From: Candidatus Hodarchaeota archaeon
GTDB taxonomy: Archaea; Asgardarchaeota; Lokiarchaeia; Sigyniarchaeales; SOKP01
Assembly (NCBI GenBank): GCA_048887225.1
Contig: JBHLJY010000007.1
Span: 62,021 to 126,020, forward strand
DNA length: 64,000 nt
Direction: 5' to 3'
This document shows positions 51,668 through 60,355 of the stretch, in pieces. Positions within the stretch are counted from its first letter, which is position 1. Each line of letters begins with the position of its first letter. The notes beneath the pieces were generated by a model, which was not told where the DNA came from, ran no database searches, and worked only from the letters and a program-made list of their open reading frames with translations. A program made the position numbers and the translations under genes.

Positions 51668-53005
51668 TTACAAAGGCATTAATGCTTTACTACCATGTTT
51701 TTTAGCGGCTTCAAGGAGAGCCATTGCCTCTTGAATTGGAATTGACTCTGGAACTAAATCAAATACGTTCATACCCGATAATTTTAGCGTAGCATTAACA
51801 GTTTCAGCTAGATTATTGCAATCCCCAGTAAAAAAAATCTTTTTTTTACCAAATTCTTTTTTCATTTTTTCACCAATTTCATCGATAGCGCAATAACCTG
51901 CCACGAGACCTTTTTTATATCCTTCAGCTTTTAATTGATCTACAAGATCTTCGTCAAATCCTTTCCCCATTATAAGAAACCACCCACCTTTAAATTTTTC
52001 GGGATAATCATAAGCAAGCAACTGTAAAATAGTTAATGGATTGTTCTGACAACCTTCCCTACATATTAGTTCCTTCCCTTTTACGATTTTAACGTCTTCT
52101 GGAAATTCTTGTAATAGATCCCAATCATATTTTTCTTTGAACTCTTCCAAATCTTTCCCTATTACTTTGATTTTACTTAAATCTCCTTCACCTAATCCTC
52201 GCTCGTGGGCTATTTTCAAATGAGGAATTTCGTCTATAGTTAAACCAAAAGCTCTTCCACCAATGACATCAACAGCTAACGTGTCTCTTCCTCCGATTAA
52301 TATGTTAAATTGTTTAACGAGTCGATCTTCCCAGGCAGTCGGAGGATAATGCCCGTGAGTGGTCCCTTCAATTCCATCGATAATTGTTATATCCGGTTTA
52401 ATGTATTCATACACATCAATCAATTTTGAATGCAAATTATAGTTGTGATCTTTACCCCGGTCTTCATGTTGGGGATATCCCCATTGATTCTTTATGCCAA
52501 GTGTAACTCCTGCCATTGAATGAGTTTTAAGTTTTGGCAAGTTGATATAAGTTATCGAATCTCTATTTTCCATAATTTTAACAATTGTCATAGGTAATCT
52601 AAAAGTCTTTAAATTGTATCCTTTAGGATCGTCTTTTGAAGATGGTTTTCCCTTGAACTCGAAGGTTTTAGTATCTTCCTCGTCTAAATATATGATTTTT
52701 GCTCCTGCCTTTTTACAAACTTCCTTGTAACCTGTAATTGCGAAGACAATCCGCGTCATGTTTGATTGAGTGCTATTTTCCATAACATAAACTTTTGCAC
52801 CAAGATTATTTAGGTATTTTATAACAGCCTCTAAAACTTCTGGAGAGGTATAAGCATGTTTCTTAAAATCTATACCATTTACTTTAATGTAGACTTCTTT
52901 TGAGCTTTTCAGGATGGGTTCTCCAGATTTCTCAATATTGGAAAACATTTGACCTACAGCAGGTTTAATCCCTTGTTTGGTATCAACTAAATATACTTCT
53001 GTCAT
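51668..53005 (-). CDS. DUF362 family (Fe-S-associated) protein
   Basis: IKVN...T.PEV, NLPKLKTH...VTLGIKN.WG, IIDGI, D.LAVD; GGTGA RBS before ATG at 53005. Confidence 0.85.
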   Translation of the reverse strand: MTEVYLVDTKQGIKPAVGQMFSNIEKSGEPILKSSKEVYIKVNGIDFKKHAYTSPEVLEAVIKYLNNLGAKVYVMENSTQSNMTRIVFAITGYKEVCKKAGAKIIYLDEEDTKTFEFKGKPSSKDDPKGYNLKTFRLPMTIVKIMENRDSITYINLPKLKTHSMAGVTLGIKNQWGYPQHEDRGKDHNYNLHSKLIDVYEYIKPDITIIDGIEGTTHGHYPPTAWEDRLVKQFNILIGGRDTLAVDVIGGRAFGLTIDEIPHLKIAHERGLGEGDLSKIKVIGKDLEEFKEKYDWDLLQEFPEDVKIVKGKELICREGCQNNPLTILQLLAYDYPEKFKGGWFLIMGKGFDEDLVDQLKAEGYKKGLVAGYCAIDEIGEKMKKEFGKKKIFFTGDCNNLAETVNATLKLSGMNVFDLVPESIPIQEAMALLEAAKKHGSKALMPL

Positions 53006-53125
53006 TATTATAGTCACCTTAATTTCATCTAATGCAATATAATAAAAAATATTATCAATAATTCAAGGAACCTTTTTTATTTTATTAGAATTAGAATTAA
53101 ATTAAAGAAATAAAATGTGTAAATT

Positions 53126-53896
53126 ATGCCATTTTTCGAATATAATGGAAAAAAGATATTTTATCAATTTAGTGAAAAAGAAAAAGAGAGAACTATTATT
53201 TTTATTCACGGTTCAGGAGAAAACTCACACATATGGAAAAAGCAACTTAATGACCTAAATCTTAATTATAACCTAATAGCGATTGATTTGCCTTCTCACG
53301 CTGAATCAGGTGAGTTTTTAAAATTATCCCTCGATTTATATGTAGATGTCGTTAAAAAGCTTGTTGATTTTTTAAATCTTAATAAAATTATTTTATGCGG
53401 GCATTCGTTAGGAGGAGCAATAGCCTTAGAATATTTTTTTAAGAACCCTAAGGAGGTTTTTGCTTTAATCTTATGCGGAACAGGCGCTAGATTAAGGGTA
53501 AGTCCTATGATCCTTAATACTTTGAAAAATAATTACCAAGAATTTTTAGATTCCATATCTATGGGCTTTTATCGAAAAACACCAGGGGACATCATAAATG
53601 ATTTTAAAAATGAATTATCCAAAACAAAACCAGAAGTTGTTTATCGCGACTTTAAAATTTGTGATAATTTTGATGTTATGGATAAATTAAGTTCGATTAA
53701 TGTCCCTTGTTTATTAGTTTGTGGAAATAAAGATATATTAACACCAATAAAATACTCACAATATTTTAAAGATAAAATAAAAAATTCAAAATTAGTTATC
53801 ATTAAAAATGCTGGACATATGGTTATGATTGAGAAGCCTAACGAGTTAAATCAGGCAATACAAGAATTTATTGAAAATTATTTGGATAAGAATTAA
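53126..53896 (+). CDS. Alpha/beta hydrolase
   Basis: FIHGSG, GHSLGG nucleophile elbow, G..D, AGH. Confidence 0.92.
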   Translation: MPFFEYNGKKIFYQFSEKEKERTIIFIHGSGENSHIWKKQLNDLNLNYNLIAIDLPSHAESGEFLKLSLDLYVDVVKKLVDFLNLNKIILCGHSLGGAIALEYFFKNPKEVFALILCGTGARLRVSPMILNTLKNNYQEFLDSISMGFYRKTPGDIINDFKNELSKTKPEVVYRDFKICDNFDVMDKLSSINVPCLLVCGNKDILTPIKYSQYFKDKIKNSKLVIIKNAGHMVMIEKPNELNQAIQEFIENYLDKN

Positions 53897-53935
53897 ATAT
53901 CTTAATTTTTTATTTCAGAATATATTTTATTTAAA
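53728..53935 (+). repeat. 208-bp direct repeat, copy 1 (3' end of the hydrolase gene plus downstream T-rich tract)
   Basis: Matches 55182-55389 with 4 mismatches. Confidence 0.95.
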
Positions 53936-54036
53936 TTTTTTATTATCTGCAATTACACTATGATTTCACTTTTTTTAAGACCCAATTATCAATTATGATC
54001 AAACTGCCTCCCGCATCGTTCCTTCCAATTGGCTTT

Positions 54037-54996
54037 TCACCAGCTTGGCGGAGTGCGTCCACAGATAAGGCTCCCAGGGATTCCCGCCCAGAGTGGTGGC
54101 CCCCATCCACGTCGCCGATGCACCCGCTCAGCCACGGCTAGGGCAATCTTCAGGTGCCCTTGCTCGTTCGGGTGGCAGTTTAGCCCCTCAAAATCCTCTT
54201 TAGGATCGAGTAGGTGGTAGATGTCGATGACCGATACCCCTCGAGGCCATGTATGGTTTATGAGTGAGAGTGTGTAGGATAGCAGCCTGGAATGGACTGC
54301 TGGCCAGCCCTTCCCGGGCCTAGGGATGGGCGTCAGTATTAGAATCCGCCGAGCACCATCTCCTCGTAGTCGGTCTATGAGCCGCGTCATATTCTTGATA
54401 TAATCTTCAGTTTTTATCGGTCTAGGCTCAAAATAGCCCGTAGCGTCATTTCCGCCCAGCTCAACCACCACGGTGCGGCAAGGCAGGTGTTCCTCGGCCA
54501 GCAATTCATAGGCGCCACCGAAGGGGGGAGGCCAGAATCCGCTCGGGAATGTGCTTGATGGGTCGGGGATGGGCGGATTTACCCAGTCGCGGGATGTCGT
54601 ACCGCCGTAGCCCGCGTTAATTACCTCGAAGTGGCTCCCGAGCAGGCATTGGAGAGCGATAACATAGGGAATGCCACCGCCGGAAACCATACCTGCAGTG
54701 ACGGAATCGCCTATGCAGAGGATACGAGTGGGATTCCCCCTCCAAGCCTTCACATCGCCTCCCGCATCAGATTCGCTGTACACGTCAGGCAGTGCTTTTC
54801 GATGCAGCAGCTGTTTAGCAATGTATTCATCTCGTGAGCTTAAAGGATTTTTATTGACAGTATCTTCTTTAGTCTGTGTGGTTGCTACTGTATCTGGTTC
54901 AGTTTGAATATTAGTGTTCAAGGCATTATTGCTTGAAAAAAAGGCGCCTAAAAACGTTACAGATATGAATAAAACCAGTATTGATTTTTTTTTCAT
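54037..54996 (-). CDS. Secreted SGNH/GDSL hydrolase; AT-rich leader fused to a GC-rich catalytic body
   Basis: Blocks IGDSVT, NAGYGG, LGGND, GLNCHPNEQGH; signal peptide MKKKSILVLF... Confidence 0.88.
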   Translation of the reverse strand: MKKKSILVLFISVTFLGAFFSSNNALNTNIQTEPDTVATTQTKEDTVNKNPLSSRDEYIAKQLLHRKALPDVYSESDAGGDVKAWRGNPTRILCIGDSVTAGMVSGGGIPYVIALQCLLGSHFEVINAGYGGTTSRDWVNPPIPDPSSTFPSGFWPPPFGGAYELLAEEHLPCRTVVVELGGNDATGYFEPRPIKTEDYIKNMTRLIDRLRGDGARRILILTPIPRPGKGWPAVHSRLLSYTLSLINHTWPRGVSVIDIYHLLDPKEDFEGLNCHPNEQGHLKIALAVAERVHRRRGWGPPLWAGIPGSLICGRTPPSW

Positions 54997-55050
54997 TTTA
55001 AATTTCACTAAAAATTTTTTTTATTAAGTAAAAATGATCGCTTTTCAACT

Positions 55051-55078
55051 TTTTAATCTAAAAAATTCTAGATTAAAA
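55051..55078. promoter_or_regulatory. Perfect 10-8-10 inverted repeat upstream of the SGNH gene
   Basis: TTTTAATCTA-AAAAATTC-TAGATTAAAA. Confidence 0.5.
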
Positions 55079-55181
55079 TATAATTTAAAATATGTTGAGA
55101 TTACTATTTAAAAGGATCTTGTAAATTTTTGAAGTAATAAATTTTCCAAATTTAATTTTAATGAGATTTTTTAACCAATTT

Positions 55182-55389
55182 TAAAGATATATTAACACCA
55201 ATAAAATACTCGCAATATTTTAAAGATAAAATAAAAAATTCAAAATTAGTTATCATTAAAAATGCTGGACATATGGTTATGATTGAGAAGCCTAACGAGT
55301 TAAATCAGGCAATACAAGAATTTATTGAAATTTATTTGGATAAGAATTAAAAATCTTAATTTTTTCTTTCAGAATATATTTTATTTAAA
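55182..55389 (+). repeat. 208-bp direct repeat, copy 2 (orphan hydrolase 3' fragment)
   Basis: Encodes only DILTP...EIYLDKN* with no upstream gene body. Confidence 0.95.
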
Positions 55390-55390
55390 G

Positions 55391-55434
55391 TATCTATTTA
55401 GTTCAAGATATAAGATAGAAATAAAAAAAAAAAA
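55391..55434. repeat. Cassette-boundary repeat A (core plus A-tract only)
   Basis: TATCTATTTAGTTCAAGATATAAGA at 55391-55415, then TAGAAAT and poly-A. Confidence 0.9.
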
Positions 55435-55451
55435 TTAAAATTAAAATTTAT

Positions 55452-55823
55452 TCAGAGCTTCTTATAGTTGATTAGAAATTCAATAAAAAGAAGTGCAAAA
55501 ATTAAATCTCCAGTACCTATCATTACATAGCTAATATCAAGAATGCCTAATAAAAAATATACCATATAATATAGAAATACAAGAATCTTTCCAATAACAC
55601 CTAATACTATTAAAGCATGGTTATTGTCGATATTTAAACCAACAACGCCATAACCAATGCCAAAGAGAATGACTGCCCATAGAAATGCCTGATAGTACAA
55701 TAACCCTAATATTGAGAGACCAGGACTAATGAAAAAAGACATTATGAGAATAGGGACAGCAAGAGCTAAATTCCAAATAGACCCAATGATTAACATATAT
55801 TTATAATATGCTTTTTTTTCCAT
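55452..55823 (-). CDS. Small four-TM membrane protein (cassette 1)
   Basis: GAGG RBS before ATG 55823; hydrophobic helices with GK and D...LF motifs. Confidence 0.75.
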   Translation of the reverse strand: MEKKAYYKYMLIIGSIWNLALAVPILIMSFFISPGLSILGLLYYQAFLWAVILFGIGYGVVGLNIDNNHALIVLGVIGKILVFLYYMVYFLLGILDISYVMIGTGDLIFALLFIEFLINYKKL

Positions 55824-55837
55824 ATTAAAATCCTCAT

Positions 55838-55985
55838 TTAGATAATTCACCCATAAATTTATGGATTAAGTAAAAAATTGAGAAATAAGTATTTAAAGAT
55901 TTAACTTTTGTAATGGGCGATTTAGATACAAACTCAAGAAAGTATCTATTTAATTCAAGATATAAGATAGAAATATAAAAAAAAA
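55838..55985. repeat. Cassette-boundary repeat B (full module)
   Basis: TTCACCC leader, TATTTAAA at 55890-55897, GGCGATTTAGA, core at 55943-55967 (1 mismatch), A-tract. Confidence 0.92.
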
Positions 55986-56008
55986 TTGAATTAAGATTAT
56001 TTTTATCT

Positions 56009-56686
56009 CTATTCTAATTTCATGCCAATATACCCTTGGGTTATTTCGCAAATTAAAAATATATAGAACATAATTTTTTGCATTGTTGCTTGGATCATCA
56101 AGCCTTCAGATGTACTTATATCAATGCCAGCAAATAGTAGTATTACATATACACCAAAAACAATTGCATAGACTAATAAAATATAAGCATATTTATTTGG
56201 AATTTGTTTATTTAGAAATTCAGCAATTAAATACGCAATTATAGCAAAAAGTCCAGATATACCAGAGATAAGAACAAGCATCAAGTGTTCATAAGAATAG
56301 AGATCCCAAGGCGTAAGAGCAACTGCGATCAAAAGGATCCCTGTAAAAATTCCTATGATTGAACCGATGAGAGAGAGAGCCTTTTCTTTCGTGGTTTCCT
56401 TAAAAAATTTAGGGAAGGCTAGCAAAAAAGAAATTAGTGATGTAGCCAAAATACAGAATGTTATAGTGAAAATCACATATGAAATTGTATTAGACTTGCC
56501 CGAATGTGCCCTAGTTCGCCCTAAATCACTGAAAAAATTATGCCAGAACGAATAACCTGAAGCATTAGGATTAATTATTGTTCCTCCTGCATAGAAAAAC
56601 ATTGCAATGGTAGTAAGAATGATGTATTGGACACAACCAATCATGAGAAAAATAAAAGCGAATTCTCTCCAATTTTTAATATTCAT
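56009..56686 (-). CDS. DUF998-like membrane protein (cassette 2)
   Basis: GYSF..NF.SDLG motif, six TM segments, conserved H and QK. Confidence 0.7.
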   Translation of the reverse strand: MNIKNWREFAFIFLMIGCVQYIILTTIAMFFYAGGTIINPNASGYSFWHNFFSDLGRTRAHSGKSNTISYVIFTITFCILATSLISFLLAFPKFFKETTKEKALSLIGSIIGIFTGILLIAVALTPWDLYSYEHLMLVLISGISGLFAIIAYLIAEFLNKQIPNKYAYILLVYAIVFGVYVILLFAGIDISTSEGLMIQATMQKIMFYIFLICEITQGYIGMKLE

Positions 56687-56736
56687 TCAAATTATCATCT
56701 CTTAATTTTTTTATTTATTTTTTAATTGGATTCAAA

Positions 56737-56886
56737 TTAGATATTTCACACATAGATTTATAGATAATTTAAAATATTGACAAATAAGTATTTAAAGATT
56801 TAACTTCTTTGTAATAGGCGATTTAGAAAGAAACTCAAGAAATTATCTATTTAGTTCAAGATATAAGATAGAAATGAAAAAAAAAA
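56737..56886. repeat. Cassette-boundary repeat C (full module)
   Basis: TTCACAC leader, TATTTAAA at 56789-56796, core at 56844-56868, A-tract. Confidence 0.92.
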
Positions 56887-56924
56887 TTTGATAAGGATTC
56901 TTATCAAAATGTAAGTATAATTCT

Positions 56925-57722
56925 TTACAATTTTTTCACTTTTTCGGCGATTGCTTTCTTAATTAGTTCATATGCGGAAGGGTGGTGGAAGGGTATTGGG
57001 CCCGTTCTCATCTTTTTTTCATCAATAAACAAAGCATCTGCCATACCCCATTCTAAGAATATATCTCTATCAGATGTATTAATTTCGCGAAATATCACCA
57101 TATCTCCAAACTCTGAGGCCGCTTTTTTTGCAATTTCAAATATTCTGTTTTGAGCTGGACACCATCCATTAATTAATGTGGTAACAACCACCTTTCCAGG
57201 TATAGTTTCAGGTGTTTTTTTTTGGTTTATCCATTTTGGGGGGATTGCGTCATCATAAAATGGCTTCCAAAGGAGTGCTTGAATCTCTTGTTTATCTACT
57301 ATGGAATATCCATGTTTTTCAAACCAAGATCCCATCATCCAGAAGTTTGTAGTTAAACCCCATGCCACCATACCTTTAGCTCCTTTACTTTTCACATCAG
57401 CTTCCGCAGCCTCAAGTAAAGCAGTGCCTAAACCTTTCCCTGTAAAATTTCCTCTTCCCTCTTGATAATTATGAATCCAAATACAAGGTATAAAATATAA
57501 GTCATTTCCTTCCGCAACGGAATATTCTATAGGAATATATTGTATCATACCTCCAATTTCTCCATTGTCATCAACAGCAAGTTTTACTCCGAGACCTTTA
57601 TTCTTCATGTTGTTATACCAAATTTCTTTATGGTTTCCTGCCTCTTTCATCATTTCTGACCAATCTTCAAGGCATACGAAATATAATTTCTTAAGTTCAT
57701 CCGTTAAATCGATAACTTTCAT
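56925..57722 (-). CDS. GNAT acetyltransferase with C-terminal YoaP/thioredoxin-like domain (cassette 3)
   Basis: GMIQYIP.E, I.CIW, GKGLG..LL acetyl-CoA motif, WF.K.GY, GWCP. Confidence 0.85.
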   Translation of the reverse strand: MKVIDLTDELKKLYFVCLEDWSEMMKEAGNHKEIWYNNMKNKGLGVKLAVDDNGEIGGMIQYIPIEYSVAEGNDLYFIPCIWIHNYQEGRGNFTGKGLGTALLEAAEADVKSKGAKGMVAWGLTTNFWMMGSWFEKHGYSIVDKQEIQALLWKPFYDDAIPPKWINQKKTPETIPGKVVVTTLINGWCPAQNRIFEIAKKAASEFGDMVIFREINTSDRDIFLEWGMADALFIDEKKMRTGPIPFHHPSAYELIKKAIAEKVKKL

Positions 57723-57758
57723 TATTTATTATAAAATTTTTTGAATTTCTATTTTTTA

Positions 57759-57888
57759 TTAGATCTTTCACCCATAAATTTGGATTAAGTAAAAAATTGA
57801 CAAAAAAGTATTTAAATGTTTAACATTTTTGTAATAGGCGATTTAGAAACAAAATCAAGAAATTATCTATTTAGTTCAAGATATAAGA
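57759..57888. repeat. Cassette-boundary repeat D (leader, promoter and core; no A-tract)
   Basis: TTCACCC leader, TATTTAAA at 57809-57816, core at 57864-57888; homology ends at ...TATAAGA. Confidence 0.92.
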
Positions 57889-58016
57889 CTCTATTTCTTG
57901 TGATCCCTCTCATAAGAACATCATTCCATTTAGAAGAAACTTACTCAGAAATTTGTCGGCGTTGTATGATTTTAATAATTGCTGGTTTTTTATACCAAAA
58001 TTGAAAAAATATAGTA

Positions 58017-58235
58017 ATGACAGCAATAGAGGAAAATATCGATATAAGAGATATTGATTCTGAATTCTTTAGTGCTTGGAGTATTTACTCTGATAAGGAA
58101 GAAGAACTGTTTAAAAGACCTACAAAAACCAAACATTATCTCAAAAGGCTTGATCTAATGCTCAAAAATCGTTTTATCTTGGCAAAACTTTTGTCGAAAA
58201 AAAATTTTAATATGAGAAAAATGTATCCATTATGA
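58017..58235 (+). other. Small ORF or gene remnant
   Basis: 72-aa ORF in frame with upstream ORF 57816-58004 across a single TGA; no motif recognised. Confidence 0.3.
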
Positions 58236-58273
58236 ATTAACAAACTTGAATAGGTCTTTCATATTATATAAAG

Positions 58274-59029
58274 ATGAGAACTATGGATTATTGGAAATAT
58301 TACGATGTTACGCACAAGGAGCATCTCGTGTGCAATCCTGTGAGCATCGAAAAATTAAACGAGCTTATCACCCTCTTGGAGTTAAAATCATGTTCAAAAG
58401 TGTTAGAAATCGCCACCGGTAAAGGAGAGTTTCTGATTCTGCTCGTCGAAAAGTATAATGTATCCGCAATAGGCGTTGATATCTCGCCCTACCATCTCGG
58501 TGATGCTAAAAGAAAAGCGAAAGAGCGTGTCCCGAATGCCGATTTAACACTAATTGAAATGGACGGTGCCAATTATAAGCCCGATACACCAGAGAGCTTT
58601 GACCTCACATGTTGTTTAGGTGCCAGTTGGATTTATAACGGACATGAGGGTACACTTAAGTATTTGATGAGCCAAACAAAGCGCAACGGACTCGTCGTTG
58701 TGGGAGAACCATTTTGGATCAGCAAGCCACCAAAAGAGTATTTCGATCTCTCGGAAATAAAATATGAGATGTTCAGCAATCACGCTGGGAACGTGCAAAT
58801 TGGAGAGAATCTCGGTCTAAAACTGCTCTACACTTTCGTGAGCACCCATGATGAGTGGGATAGATATCTCGGGCTCCAGTGGTATGCAATGGACAAGTAT
58901 GCTCAAGCACATCTGGAAGATCCCGACCTTCCCGAGTTTTTAATCAAATTAAATAAAGAGAAAAACCTATATCTGAAGTGGGAGCGGGAGGCAATTGGGT
59001 GGGCTATTTATGTGTTTAGAAAGACGTAA
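58274..59029 (+). CDS. Class I SAM-dependent methyltransferase (YjhP-like), GC-richer than the host
   Basis: VLEIATGKG, GVDIS, C.GASWI, VGEPFW. Confidence 0.88.
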   Translation: MRTMDYWKYYDVTHKEHLVCNPVSIEKLNELITLLELKSCSKVLEIATGKGEFLILLVEKYNVSAIGVDISPYHLGDAKRKAKERVPNADLTLIEMDGANYKPDTPESFDLTCCLGASWIYNGHEGTLKYLMSQTKRNGLVVVGEPFWISKPPKEYFDLSEIKYEMFSNHAGNVQIGENLGLKLLYTFVSTHDEWDRYLGLQWYAMDKYAQAHLEDPDLPEFLIKLNKEKNLYLKWEREAIGWAIYVFRKT

Positions 59030-59047
59030 ATATAAAAAGAAAAAAAA

Positions 59048-59458
59048 ATTACTCGCTTTGGCGATACTTACGGTTATGAATTCATATCACTCCGATGCCC
59101 TGAATGTGGGGGTTCTCTCGATAATATGGACAAGACACAAGAATTCGTAAAATGTCAATACTGTGGAGATATGTTAGAAAAAAAAGCATTTAATGTTCAA
59201 AATAGAAAAGAAGCTGTAAAAAAGTATAGAAAATTAGAAACAATAAAAACTATAAAAAGAACTAATTCTCCCGCTTTTTCTACATTTGAATATTTATACA
59301 CAGAGGTATTTGGATTTCAAAGTCGTAAAGAATATGAAGCAAAATACAAGGATTATAATAACGGATCTTTTTTCTTTGAAAGAGCTCTTAAAGGATATTT
59401 CGAGAAATTATTCAATGGAGTATCATTAGAAGATATAATCGCATTATACAAATCTTAG
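59048..59458 (+). CDS. Zn-ribbon protein; the ribbon begins upstream of the ATG (ATT start or 5'-truncated gene)
   Basis: In-frame CPECGG at 59096-59113 pairs with CQYCG after ATG 59126; upstream stop at 59033. Confidence 0.55.
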   Translation: MTRFGDTYGYEFISLRCPECGGSLDNMDKTQEFVKCQYCGDMLEKKAFNVQNRKEAVKKYRKLETIKTIKRTNSPAFSTFEYLYTEVFGFQSRKEYEAKYKDYNNGSFFFERALKGYFEKLFNGVSLEDIIALYKS

Positions 59459-59538
59459 ATGTGAGTTAATGCATTAAGTTTTATAGTTATAAAGAGTTAA
59501 TTTGATTAATCCTAATATAAAATAACAAATGAAATTTT

Positions 59539-60336
59539 TTGCGCAATTACACTTACGGTCCATTCCAATCCCGAAGATTAAAACTCTCGCTTGGAGTCGA
59601 TGTTTTATCAAAAATTAAGATATGTACATATAATTGCGTATATTGCGAATTAGGAATTACTAGTAAAGATCAATTGATTTCTCCAGAACATAGAATAAGT
59701 AAAAAACCTACAATCAATTTTCGAAAAGAACTGTTTTCTGTATTAAAATACGTACCTCATTTAAATTCAATTACGTTTGGGTATAATGGTGAGCCCACCC
59801 TTAATGAAAATCTGTTAGATTTTCTTAAAATAGCCTCAAATGTAAGAGAACAAATGAAATGGACCAATGAAAAACCGAAACTGACCTTATTTACAAATTC
59901 CAGCACTCTATATTCACAGGAAATCAGTGATAGGGTTAAGCATTTTGAATTAGTTTTAGCGAAATTAGATGTTGCGACTGAGGAAGATTTTAAAAGAACA
60001 AATTGTCCACATAAAGACACTCCTACCCTCAAGACCATAATCAATTCTATTATAGATTTAAGAAAAGAAATGCCTATAGATCATAAATTAGCATTACAAT
60101 GTCTTATTTATAATTCTTATAGAAAAGATTTCATACCAAATAATAATCCAGAAAATATTACTAAATTAGCTTATGCGATTGAAAAAATTAAACCAGATTT
60201 TGTACAAATATATTCCGTCGCAAGGATTCCAGCTCAATATTATGTCTTTGCGATAGATGAAGATAGAAAAAAAGAGATCATGGAAAAATTTAAGAAAATA
60301 ATAAATGATGATAATGTTGAAATTAACTACTTTTAA
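59539..60336 (+). CDS. Radical SAM protein (COG0731-like)
   Basis: YGP..SRRL..SLG.D, CTYNCVYC.LG, GEPTL, TNSS, KLD. Confidence 0.88.
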   Translation: MRNYTYGPFQSRRLKLSLGVDVLSKIKICTYNCVYCELGITSKDQLISPEHRISKKPTINFRKELFSVLKYVPHLNSITFGYNGEPTLNENLLDFLKIASNVREQMKWTNEKPKLTLFTNSSTLYSQEISDRVKHFELVLAKLDVATEEDFKRTNCPHKDTPTLKTIINSIIDLRKEMPIDHKLALQCLIYNSYRKDFIPNNNPENITKLAYAIEKIKPDFVQIYSVARIPAQYYVFAIDEDRKKEIMEKFKKIINDDNVEINYF

Positions 60337-60355
60337 AAAAGGAAATAAAATATTG

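Noticed and set aside
54029-54907. Three plus-strand ORFs within the GC-rich block
   Set aside because: Stop-poor antisense frames of the SGNH gene caused by high GC
55391-57888. CRISPR array interpretation of the 25-bp repeated core
   Set aside because: Intervals are 0.5-1 kb and contain whole genes; no cas genes are present
55838-57888. Canonical integron attC sites
   Set aside because: GTTAAAY occurs on the minus strand, but there is no matching RYYYAAC and no long conserved hairpin; the module contains a promoter instead
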